64,000 nt of DNA from Octopus sinensis (lineage: Eukaryota): contig NC_042999.1 of the NCBI RefSeq assembly GCF_006345805.1, positions 139,376,001 through 139,440,000 on the forward strand. Reading direction: 5' to 3'. The first letter of the stretch is position 1, and each line of letters begins with the position of its first letter. The translations under genes were made by a program, and so were the position numbers. Below are positions 1 to 10,833 of the stretch, in pieces. The notes under the pieces were generated by a model. The model searched no databases. It was not told where the DNA came from and saw nothing but the letters and a program-made list of their open reading frames with translations.

Positions 1-945
1 AGAAGCCTTTGAAGACAGAAAACAGAAGACAGAGATAAGGATGAATAACACGGCAGCAAATGAATTGAGCTCAAAACAGAGAATACGATTGGTTAAAATT
101 CGAAGAATTAAACTACGTAAAAGTTACAAAATACATTTTTCTCAAAAAAACTAATTGAAATTAATGTTTTCTTTTGACACATTCTACCAGTATACGAAGT
201 TTCAAATTATTTAGTTAAGTAGAAAATTCTGTCCATCTTTTAGAAAAGATCCCAGTCCAGTCTATGAAGTTACAACTGATCAATAGAGTCACTGGGAAGA
301 CGTAAATGAATTAGCATTTTTCCCGCTGAACTGCAGGTAAAAAAATTCTGACTTTCGAGTTTTGGGTTTTTATTGTATATTTAATCTAGTGTACCGTAAC
401 CGGTATGTCGCGGTACAGTGGTGTGCCATGAGACGATGTTGCAGTGTAACCTGAATATAATATTTTCTCCCTATACTTTTAGCTAAATTTTTAGTTCAGG
501 TGTGCTGCCGTTTTGAAAAGAATATAAGTGTACCGCAAGTAAAAAAAGCTAGCGGAGCACTGATTTTATCCACAGCACTAATATCTCGAGGGTACACCAA
601 GTCGTTTTTTAACGTCTGAAATGACAACATACTTGAGAATCAGTTGAGGTGTCCGTCGTGGTGTAGAATTTACTTCAAGTATCGTCTTTTTAGAATGTGA
701 ATAAAAGCCGCTTAACCATCAAAAACTATATTGTCACATGATCTGTTAGATTTAGGGGCTAAATCTTCATCATGTTGGCCGTTCTGTTTTTAAAACAGGG
801 TCATATTGGTTAATGTAACCGCAGACTCATTGACTTATATCGAAAAATAAGATGTGCTGGTCTATATATACGATAAAAGGCGAGTATGGTTGTGGTCTGC
901 GCTCATACAGGGCTAAGCTTTAACAACACAGCAACAACAGCAACA

Positions 946-1007
946 GTATCAACAATCACTACTACTACCACCACCACCACCACCATGCCACCACCACCAC
1001 CACCACC

Positions 1008-1080
<73 letters not shown>
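946..1080. repeat. Compound trinucleotide microsatellite (CTA)/(CCA)n
   Basis: Direct reading; explains ORFs 886..1089 and 903..1127 (poly-P/L/S/G). Confidence 0.95.
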
Positions 1081-1731
1081 GCATTGTGAAACATCTTTGA
1101 TTCATTAACCTGATCGCCATTAAGCAATCCTATTTACTCTGCTGTACTTCAGTGATTAAATACAATTTATAAGAGCGATTATAATTGATATAATTGGTGT
1201 AAGAAATGGTTTATCAGTGTTGCAATAAATCTCCCCATAAATATAAATTAGAGTGACTCGAATGCATCATTATATTATAGCGCGATCATATTTGACCTGG
1301 AGTTAAGGCAGCTATAACTACTGTGACAGTAGGTTCGTTTGCAGTGGGTTTCGCTTGATTGATTGATTCTAGTTTCAGCTTATGAGCTGTGGCCATGCTG
1401 GGGCACCTACTTTCTCATAAATACCGTGTTTGAAATAGCAGGTAGACGCTCTTAGCTCACATTGTGCTATCTTGAATTAAGGAGACATGCGCTTTAGACC
1501 AAAGGTTCTCAACCCATTTTGGCCAAACGCCTCCTTTCAGTTCACAAGACTTATCGCGTTATGTGGTGCATGACCGCAGATCAAATGGGTATAAAAACCT
1601 AAAACAAATGTGTGTGTGTGGTTGGGTCTTTAACAGCCAGAGGTCAATTTAAGTTCAATCACAGAAAGGAATTCAAAACGGCAATGCACGCAATCATATA
1701 CATACAAGCATATCCACACACACACACACAC

Positions 1732-1803
<72 letters not shown>

Positions 1804-2859
1804 ACAGATACATACTGAAAATATGTATTATATATTTGCACACAAATACACATACACACACATTAAGCTTTTCGCTTTATTCATTACTTTTTTTTCTTTT
1901 AATCATATGTCACTGTTTTTAGTTTTTGTTTCTGTTTTGGAGGTTTCACTTTAGCGACACTAGTTACAAGGAATTTGCTTGGTGTCGTCAAAATGGAAAA
2001 AGTGTTTTTAAGTTTTTGAAAATTTGAAACAAAATGGCATGTTTTTTTTTTAAACTGATTGTCGCAGAGATGTAAAAATATGGCTGCTATTCGATAATTT
2101 CAAATTAAATTTACCAAAGTTGAGGACCTTTCAGCACGGCCCCCAGCGCCATCAAACCTCTTAATGCTCCCCTAGTTCCCCCTCGAGCTCCAAACAGTGG
2201 CACTCCCGTTGAGAACTTTTGATTTAGACATATAAACTATAAACTCCTTATAAAGACGGAACTATAAACTATAAACTCCTTATAAAGACGGTTGAAATTC
2301 GTTCGACTTTAGTCTACTCGGTCAGAGATAACATGGGACTAAGCAACAATGACAAAACAATAACAAGAACAGGAATCAAACTAATACTGATGACACTGAC
2401 AAGGTCAATTGAGAGAAATTCTGGAAGTTTTTCAGTGGAACTTCTACACAGTACCTTCTGAAGCTAGGACACACTGCCTAGTTATCCGAGGATCCATCGA
2501 ATCTAAGCATCTAATATTTATCTATGTATGCTAGAACTTGTTAATAAATTTATATTATAGGTCCCACTGTATCGATTTGCCCGAGGTGTGAGCTTATAAT
2601 GTGGTTAAGACTGCCCTACTCCAATAAAAGTAATTTGCTTTGGTTCTGCATTTAGACCTAAACCAGGTGATCTGCTTATATTACAGTCATAAGAAAGACA
2701 AGTAACTAATTGCAAATGCTCATGTTTGTCTTGCTGTATGTCAGAACATAAATGATGGGTGGGAGGGTAATATTCATGGTAGTTGTTACTTGGCTGCGTG
2801 TCTGCCTTCATCGTTGACTGGTGTCTAATTGTGATCACATCGTTATGATCTCTGGCGTA

Positions 2860-3064
<205 letters not shown>

Positions 3065-3164
3065 TCTGTGTATGTGTGTAGGTATAATTAATACTTGTTT
3101 TAAAATATATATTTTGATTTTATTTTAATTTTTCTTCATAGTAAATGACCCCCTCTTTCCCTTT

Positions 3165-3209
<45 letters not shown>

Positions 3210-3579
3210 ACACACAAACACACACATATGAAAGACTTGCGCTAACAGTATTACATAAAACAGTTATCCATAAAATAATGTTATTAAAACCTTTCCATTT
3301 TCCATAAGTTAATTTTCAAATTCTTGTTATGATACTGATTTTGAAAGTTTGAATACTCTAGAACATTTATTGGCAATGCAAACTAAAATTATTTATGATC
3401 TTGATATTTCTGTTCTGTACAGTAATGGACTCCGTGCTGCGGTGTATAGAAGCAGAAGAACAATTCCCTTTGCACATCGGTTGCCGAAGGAGACACAGTA
3501 GCTGAGGTTTCTCTGAACTAGCAATTAGACAAATTTTTATGGAGCCAAATTGTCGATACATAATACATACATACATACA

Positions 3580-3966
3580 GGCGCAGGAGTGGCTGTGTGG
3601 TAAGTAGCTTGCTAACCAACCACATGGTTCCGGGTTCAGTCCCACTGCGTGACATCTTGGGCAAGTGTCTTCTGCTATAGCCCCTGGCCGACCATTGCCT
3701 TGTGAGTGGATTTGGTAGACGGAAACTAAAAGAAGCCTGTCGTATATATGTATATATATATATATATGTGTGTCTGTGTTTGTCCCCCTAACATTGCTGG
3801 TGTGTTTACGTCCCCGTCACTTAGCGGTTCGGCAAAAAGAGACCGATAGAATAAGTACTGGGCTTATAAAGAATAAGTCCCGGGGTCGATTTGCTCGACT
3901 ACAGGCGGTGCTCCAGCATGGCCGCAGTCAAATGACTGAAACAAGTAAAAGAGTAAAAGAGTAAAG
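3580..3966 (+). mobile_element. tRNA-derived SINE (family A) with AAAGAGT-repeat tail
   Basis: Pol III A/B-box-like head (TGGCTGTGTGGTAAG...GGTTCAGTCCC) and a body shared with copies at 63353-63766 (+), 53800-53998 (+, 3' part), 39500-39725 (-) and 40583-40790 (-). Flanked by (TACA)n. Confidence 0.85.
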
Positions 3967-4057
3967 ATACATACATACATACATATATGTATGCAATTAA
4001 TGCATGCTTGCATACATTGCATGCATACATACATACATACATACATACATACATACA

Positions 4058-4091
<34 letters not shown>

Positions 4092-4130
4092 CATAATACT
4101 TACATACGAACATACATATATATCATATCT

Positions 4131-4242
4131 CATGATAGATCGCAAACCACAAAACCTTTTTTTATTTTCTCTCCTTGTTTATTTCTGTGTTCCTTTCTGT
4201 CGAAAAGCGTAGGCTCGAAACGTAAAAGACTTTCTCACTTCC
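4131..4242 (+). mobile_element. Penelope-like element terminal (pLTR-like) fragment with degenerate hammerhead core
   Basis: Homologous to the reverse complement of 42775-42890. Contains CTTT-CTGTCGA-AAAGCGTAGGCTC-GAAACGTA-AAAG (4193-4228), with core position A6 changed to T. Confidence 0.6.
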
Positions 4243-4246
4243 TTTA

Positions 4247-4294
4247 TTTTTTCTGACTACACACACACACACACGCACGCACACGCACACACGC

Positions 4295-4326
<32 letters not shown>

Positions 4327-4435
4327 CACACACACACACACATAGTAGTAACAGAAAAGAGGGAATTTCGATTATTTCCAAGTGGTGATTTGTGATTTTT
4401 CTGACTACACACACACACGCACGCACACACACATG

Positions 4436-4473
<38 letters not shown>

Positions 4474-4532
4474 CACACACATAGTAGTAACAGAAAAGGG
4501 GGAATTTCGATTATTCCCAAGTGGTGATTTGT
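4247..4532. repeat. Tandem duplication of a ~145-bp unit containing a (CA)n tract
   Basis: TTTTTCTGACTACACAC...CATAGTAGTAACAGAAAAG.GGGAATTTCGATTATT.CCAAGTGGTGATTTGT occurs twice in tandem. Confidence 0.9.
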
Positions 4533-4703
4533 AATATATAAAACAATTAAAAAAGGAAAATATACACACTTTACATAGTTTTAATATAATTTTTAATATA
4601 TCGACTGGTTTCGCTTTCGCTATTCATGATATTAAGGTTTACTTATTTAATTATGCATTTTCTTAAGAAGAAATTTTTGCCCATGTGTGTATGATGATAT
4701 TTA

Positions 4704-4761
<58 letters not shown>

Positions 4762-4799
4762 TGAGGGCTTAGTGGTTAGGGTGTTGCCCTCACGATCAC

Positions 4800-4910
4800 G
4801 AGAGAAAGTTGTGGCGAAAGAGTACAGCAGAGATCGCCCGGTCTGGGAATCGAAACCGCTTTCCCACGACCGCGAGTCCGCTGCCCTAACCACTGGGCCA
4901 TTGCGCCTCC
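4800..4910 (-). mobile_element. tRNA-derived SINE head (family B), truncated
   Basis: Reverse complement GGCGCAATGGCCCAGTGGTTAGGGCAGCGGACTCGCGG...GGTTTCGATTCCCAGACCGGGCG has A- and B-box-like motifs; near-identical head at 59470-59558. Confidence 0.8.
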
Positions 4911-5930
4911 GCACATACACACACACACACATACACACACATATATACATATGCATATATAGATAAGATACATATATACATTTATATTTCTATTCATATA
5001 TTAATGTATATGTATATTTAAATTTAAGTGTAAATGTGTATACGCAAACACACATACACAAACACATACACTCACACATACATACACACATATACACACG
5101 CATACATATGTATCTATGCATCTATGTCTGTGTGCGTATGCACATAGAAATACTTGTCTTTATGCTTTATGTGGACATCTTCTATGTTGTTCTCGCACTA
5201 GTAAATAATTAACCGCAAAATAGCCAATAAGAAGCTGACATAATGTATAGCAGAATGTACTGGTGAAAATAATTGCTTGCTAATGTATCAAAAGTTATGG
5301 CCAGCAAAACTACATAGATCTTCAACAGGGGATATAAAAAATACTGTAATACGAGAAATAGCCCAGGTTCTAGACAAATAAATGTAAAATGTAAAATAAC
5401 TTGTAGCTGCTCAGTTTAATGGGTCACACATACACACACTATGTGTGTATACATGCATACATACATATATACATATATATATATATGTATATATGTGTGT
5501 ATCTGCGTGTGTGTGTACGTGTCTGTTTCATATATAAAAAGATAGAGTCAAGCATGAACTGAAGCAACACTCATTACATTTAAGTAGGGCATCACACTTT
5601 AACGAGAAATGTTGTCAATAACTTCGCAGTTTCGGCTCAGTTACTGTCGTCTAAAGCCTATATATGTATATGTATGGGTATATATATATATATATATATA
5701 TATCTAATTAATCAATATAGGGTGGCAAAAAATTTTGTAGAATTTTTTTGCCACCAGCGGCCTAGTGGGAAAAAATTAAATAGTCATAGACCATTTTTAA
5801 GTTCAACATCACAATCAAGGAACGGCCATAATAGGCCATTCACCCACTAGAAATAACAGCCAAAGCTTCAACCGCAAATAAAAATCAATTCCGTAAACCA
5901 GGAGAAAATTAAAAAACATTTACCCTGTAA

Positions 5931-6034
5931 TTTCTTATACGATGCACCGTTTCATCTACTGTTTAATGGTAAACTAACCTGATTAAATTAAATCAAGCCA
6001 ATCTTCCATAGGCCTTAGATTCATCAGTAAGAAA
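5931..6034 (-). ncRNA. Type I hammerhead ribozyme, intact core (array copy 1)
   Basis: Reverse complement reads TTTCTTA-CTGATGA-ATCTA...TAGAT-GAAAC-GGTGCATC-GTA-TAAGAAA. Confidence 0.85.
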
Positions 6035-6432
6035 TAGCCAAGTCGGAACAGATATTTTCACGAGGCATTTCCGACCCTGCCAAGGCAATATCTGACCTAA
6101 AATTTTCAAATCATCGCACTCGCGCCAAATTTATCGGCAGAAAATAATATAAGCCGTCGATTCCATTACGGAATTAACCAGAAAATTCATAATTAATCAA
6201 TATAGGGTGCCAAAAAATTTTGTAGAATTTTTTTGCACCAGCGGCCTAGTGGGAAAAAATTAAATAGTCATAGACCATTTTTAAGTTCAACATCACAATC
6301 AAGGAACGGCCATAATAGGCCATTCACCCACTAGAAATAACAGCCAAAGCTTCAACCGCAAATAAAAATCAATTCCGTAAACCAGGAGAAAATTAAAAAA
6401 TGCCTCGTGAAAATATCTGTCCGACTTGGCTA

Positions 6433-6536
6433 TTTCTTACTGATGAATCTAAGGGCCTATGGAAGATTGGCTTGAATTAATTAATCAGGTTAGTTTACCA
6501 TTAAACAGTAGATGAAACGGTGCATCGTATAAGAAA
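6433..6536 (+). ncRNA. Type I hammerhead ribozyme, intact core (array copy 2); predicted cleavage after A6529
   Basis: Stem I TTTCTTA(6433-39)/TAAGAAA(6530-36); CTGATGA 6440-46; stem II closed by ATCTA/TAGAT; GAAA 6514-17; near-palindromic stem III ACGGTGCATCGT; GUA triplet. Confidence 0.88.
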
Positions 6537-6915
6537 TTACAGGGTAAATGTTTTTTAATTTTCTCCTGGTTTACGGAATTGATTTTTATTGCGGTTGAAG
6601 CTTTGGCTGTTATTCTAGTGGGTGAATGGCCTATTATGGCCGTTCCTTGATTGTGTGTTGAACTTAAAAATGGTCTATGACTATTTAATTTTTTCCCACT
6701 AGGCCGCTGGTGGCAAAAAAATTCTACAAAATTTTTTGGACCCTATATTGATTAATTATGAAATTTTTGGTTAATTCCGTAATGGAATCGACGGCTTAAT
6801 TTATTTGCTTGCCCGATAAATTTGGCGCGAGTGCGATGATTTGAAAATTTTAGGTCAGATATTGCCTTGGCAGGGTCGGAAATGCCTCGTGAAAATATCT
6901 GTTCCGACTTGGCTA

Positions 6916-7019
6916 TTTCTTACTGATGAATCTAAGGGCCTATGGAAGATTGGCTTGATTTAATTTAATCAGGTTAGTTTACCATTAAAAGTAGATGAAA
7001 CGGTGCATCGTATAAGAAA
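6916..7019 (+). ncRNA. Type I hammerhead ribozyme, intact core (array copy 3); predicted cleavage after A7012
   Basis: Same elements as copy 2: CTGATGA 6923-29, GAAAC 6997-7001, GTA 7010-12, TAAGAAA 7013-19. Confidence 0.88.
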
Positions 7020-7393
7020 TTACAGGGTAAATGTTTTTTAATTTTCTCCTGGTTTACGGAATTGATTTTTATTTGCGGTTGAAGCTTTGGCTGTTATTTC
7101 TAGTGGGTGAATGGCCTATATGGCCGTTCCTTGATTGTGATGTTGAACTTAAAAATGGTCAGACTATTTAATTTTTTCCCACTAGGCCGCTGGTGGCAAA
7201 AAAATTCTACAAAATTTTTTGGCACCCTATATTGATTAATATGAATTTTCTGGTTAATCGTAATGGAATCGACGCTTATATTTATTTGCTGCCGATAATT
7301 TGGCGCGAGTGCGATGATTTGAAAATTTAGTCAGATATTGCCTTGGCAGGGTCGGAAATGCCTCGTGAAAATGAAAAATCTTCGACTTGGCTA

Positions 7394-7494
7394 TTTCTTA
7401 CTGATGAATCTAAGGGCCTATGGAATTGGCTTGATTTAATTTAATCAGGTTAGTTTACCATTAACAGTAGATGAAACGGTGCATCGTATAAGAA
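7394..7494 (+). ncRNA. Type I hammerhead ribozyme, intact core (array copy 4); predicted cleavage after A7488
   Basis: CTGATGA 7401-07, GAAAC 7473-77, GTA 7486-88, TAAGAA 7489-94. Confidence 0.85.
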
Positions 7495-7739
7495 TACAGG
7501 TAAATGTTTTTTATTTTTCCTGGTTTACGGAATTGATTTTTATTTGCGGTTGAAGCTTTGCTGTTATTTCTAGTGGGTGAATGCCTATTATGGCCGTTCC
7601 TTGATGTGATATTATATATATAATATATGATAAATTTTTTATGTTCAGTTAATAAATCAATTTTATATTAATCTGATAGGTACTCTATACTTTTGTAGAG
7701 TACAAATTTATTATTCTTAAACAGGTATACTATTGAAAT

Positions 7740-8460
7740 ATTTATAAATACATAGCCCACAAGTACTACCTCTATAAAACATAAGGGTTAACATTTCTAC
7801 ATACTAATCAAATTTCTTATAGAGCAATGAACACCTAGAGAAGAACATACAGACCAACAACCTTTACACCTATCCACATATTCCTGTAAACATCAAAGCA
7901 CAAGATAATCTAATTTCTATACTAACAGTATAGAAATTACTGATAGCTCCACCTTCCAAATAGAAACTGGAAATACTCTACATAGCAGCAAGTAAAGACG
8001 TTGACCAGTTAAGCGTACCACCTACTTACATTCTTTTATGAGCCCCCTCCCCCCCAAAAAAAATCCATTAAAAAAAGATACACATAATTGCCAAGTTTTA
8101 AATACTGGGCTAAACTTTTAACCTTTGACCTTAAATCCAATGAAACCCAAAATAACTAAAACTAGTAACACATCCTATACATGCATACCAAAAGCGACAT
8201 ACCTAATTATTCACATGTGCTTACAAAGTTCTACAAACATGAATAAATTCTAAGCCATAACATAACCACAAAACTACTCTATAAAAATTTCTGCAAAACG
8301 CCACTCCATACCATCCCGCCTTAAAGCTTAACTACCAACTACAGTCACACTCATATACCCAAAGATTTTAGCTCAACAGAGACTATATAAAACCAATAAT
8401 AGATTTAATAATAGTCCGAAGATGGCCTAAGTGGTCGAAACTTTGAAGTCACTGTCAATA
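7740..8460 (+). mobile_element. Possible decayed Penelope-like element 3' region ending in a hammerhead-like motif
   Basis: KLEILYIAASKDVDQLS (from ~7964) weakly resembles a GIY-YIG C-terminal motif. The region ends in an HHR-like core at 8411-8455. Confidence 0.3.
8411..8455 (+). ncRNA. Minimal type I hammerhead-like motif with a U4C core mutation (probably inactive)
   Basis: ATAGT-CCGAAGA-T-GGCC TAAGT GGTC-GAAAC-TTTGAA-GTC-ACTGT; stems I, II and III all pair. Confidence 0.6.
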
Positions 8461-8504
8461 ATATTGTTTAAGATTAGTAAATGCATATATGTATATATAT
8501 ATGC

Positions 8505-8795
8505 ACAGTGCCGTCAAAATACAGAACCAGATGTTGCAATAGCTTTGGGTTCAAAGGCGCACAGCTCTTGAATATCCTCCTGAAGGAGATGAAGGACCTA
8601 CATGTAGATGTAGACGTCTTCAAAACTAAACTAGTTCTTCTACTGCCAAGAATGCCAGCTGAGCCAACTTCATGATAGGAAGTGAGAATGAGGGAAGTAG
8701 TATCAAAACCCCTCATTCATTGAACGCCAATTATTAAAGGAAGATTAATGAAGGTGTAGCAACACCAGCTACCGGTATCCCAACATGGCCACATC
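8505..8795 (+). mobile_element. CR1/L2-group LINE 3' end fragment
   Basis: ORF 8481..8675 reads NSFGFKGAQLLNILLKEMKDL...FKTKLVLLLPRMPAEP, matching the SF..rGp.LfN.LP...FK.KLD.fL..vPdeP C-terminus typical of CR1-group ORF2. Confidence 0.65.
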
Positions 8796-8860
8796 CCTGG
8801 AACTGTGTATATATATGAATATATGTATTTATGTATAAATATGTAGATATACAAGACGAG

Positions 8861-8930
<70 letters not shown>

Positions 8931-9456
8931 AGAGAGAGAGAGAGAGTGACAGAAAGAGAGAGAAACAGAGAGGGTGGGGGTGAGAAAGATAAACAAATAT
9001 AAAGTTCTGATAGAGTACAGAATGGCATATCAATAATGGTGAACATGACTAATTAGAAATAATTAAGGTAAGTTTCTTAGTTTCTTTATATTCAGGTATA
9101 AAAGGAATTTGATTTTCCTAAAAAAATGAAATATTGCTTAATTCATTTGATATATGTATTGTATTTTTCGGCAGACAAGTTAACATTTTTTAGACCATAA
9201 TTTACAGCAAAACAAAAAGGCAGGTCGACTTATACACCAAGACGTCTTTGGAGGATCAAAAATCTCATGTGAAATGCAGCAGGATTTGGAAAGGTAGTGA
9301 CTATATTTGAATATTTACTACATTACATGTTTACATTTTACTTTACGTCGATTTTTATGGAGGAAAATGTGGTACATCTAATGTCTAACACACAATCAGT
9401 GCGTATATGTGTGTATGAATACATGAGTCCGTGCTTGCGTGTACGTGAGTGTAGGC

Positions 9457-9541
<85 letters not shown>

Positions 9542-9544
9542 TTT

Positions 9545-9628
<84 letters not shown>

Positions 9629-9726
9629 AAGAGTGCTAGAGAGAAAGATAAAAAAGATTGGGAGTTTGGTAGACAGATACAGGTTGATATGTGTATGCAC
9701 ATACATACATACATACATACATACAT

Positions 9727-9958
9727 GCGGCGAAATGGCAGAAACGTTAGCGCGCCGGGCGAAATGCTGAGCGGTATTTCGTCTGCCGTTATGTTTTGAG
9801 TTCAAATTCCACCGAGGTCGACTTTGCCTTTCATCCTTTCGGGGTCGATAAATTAAGAACCAGTTACGCACTGGGGACGAGGTAATCGATTTAATCCCTT
9901 TGTCTGTCCTTGTGTGTCCCCTCTATGTTTAGCCCCTTGTGGGTAGTAAAGAAATAAG
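9727..9958 (+). mobile_element. tRNA-derived SINE (family C) with a central domain resembling the Meta-SINE domain
   Basis: Head GGCGAAATGGCAGAAACGTTAG...GAGTTCAAATTCC, then GTCGACTTTGCCTTTCATCCTTTCGGGGTCGATAAA. Partial copies at ~22548-22650 (+) and ~57360-57530 (-). Confidence 0.75.
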
Positions 9959-10043
9959 ATACATATATGCATGCATGCATACATACATACATTCATATAT
10001 ATGCATCTACGTACATATATACATGCATTTATATATATATGTG

Positions 10044-10094
<51 letters not shown>

Positions 10095-10146
10095 TTTCTT
10101 CTGTAGTTTCAGCACAGATCTGCGGCCATGCTGATGCACCGCCGTT

Positions 10147-10769
10147 AGGCAATTCGTTGCTAAACCCTTAATTGCTTAGTATTACTTAAATTTTCCTCGA
10201 ATGAGGCTTTTACATGCCGAAATCTACTTGGTGTAATTAATAATTATTCCAAATTAATTAATTTCACCCTATATTGTTACTGATAACCATATTTCATCCC
10301 AGTAAATGACCACAGCATCTTGTCTTGGCTACACGCGGGTGGGAAGGGGCTGGTGACACAAACTTTCATTCACACTTTGAATTTGGTGATACTGGTAACG
10401 GATTTTAGCTCGCTCTGATACTGAGTTGAGATGATGCCTTCTAGTATCTCGAAATTTAATATACAATTATTCATAATTGTAGTGTCCTACGCTGATGAGA
10501 AAAGAAGTTGGGTAAGATATAATTATCTAATTCTTATGCTTTCCTAAAACTTAATTTCGAAACGTACGTCCGTAGGTGACTTAAAATTGTATGATAGATT
10601 GCCGTCATTTCATTCTCTCTTACCTGTCTGTGTTTGCCTTTCAAGTGCTGTGTTTTTACTGAGATCTCCCTTTTAGTAGAAAGAATAGCTATAACTCTTT
10701 GACTGCTATTTCTAAATTCGGTGTGTGGTGAGGCAATTCGTTGCTAAACCCTTAATTGCTTAGTATTAC

Positions 10770-10770
<1 letters not shown>
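10147..10770 (+). mobile_element. 584-bp hammerhead-containing unit with an exact 40-bp terminal direct repeat (putative retrozyme monomer)
   Basis: AGGCAATTCGTTGCTAAACCCTTAATTGCTTAGTATTACT at 10147-10186 and 10731-10770 encloses an intact HHR. Confidence 0.65.
10486..10576 (+). ncRNA. Type I hammerhead ribozyme, intact core; predicted cleavage after C10570
   Basis: Stem I CCTACG/CGTAGG; CTGATGA 10492-98; 60-nt stem II domain closed by GAAA/TTTC; GAAAC; palindromic stem III ACGTACGT; GUC triplet. Confidence 0.88.

Positions 10771-10833
<63 letters not shown>

Larger units (their letters stand above)
5705..7610. mobile_element. ~485-bp hammerhead-ribozyme tandem repeat (putative non-LTR retrozyme): 1.4 units on the minus strand (5705-6400) joined head-to-head to 2.5 units on the plus strand (6401-7610)
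   Basis: AATTAATCAATATAGGGTG recurs at 5706 and 6191. TGCCTCGTGAAAAT recurs at 6401, ~6883 and ~7359 and is the reverse complement of ~6055-6068. Four hammerheads are present: one in the minus arm and three in the plus arm. Confidence 0.85.

Noticed and set aside
2231-2291. 29-bp tandem duplication TATAAACTATAAACTCCTTATAAAGACGG
   Set aside because: Ordinary local duplication with no further structure.
2385-2430. CTGATGA followed by a small hairpin
   Set aside because: No correctly placed GAAA, stem III or stem I partner.
4593-4635. Minus-strand GC-GAAA-GC-GAAAC-CA-GTC-GATATATT resembling a hammerhead 3' half
   Set aside because: The CUGA part of the core is missing; at best a heavily decayed remnant.
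4800-4910. tRNA-like sequence
   Set aside because: No complete cloverleaf; it is a SINE head with a second copy at 59.5 kb, not a tRNA gene.
5705-7610. CRISPR-like or organellar origin of the 485-bp repeat
   Set aside because: No repeat-spacer alternation and no organellar gene motifs; whole units are repeated.
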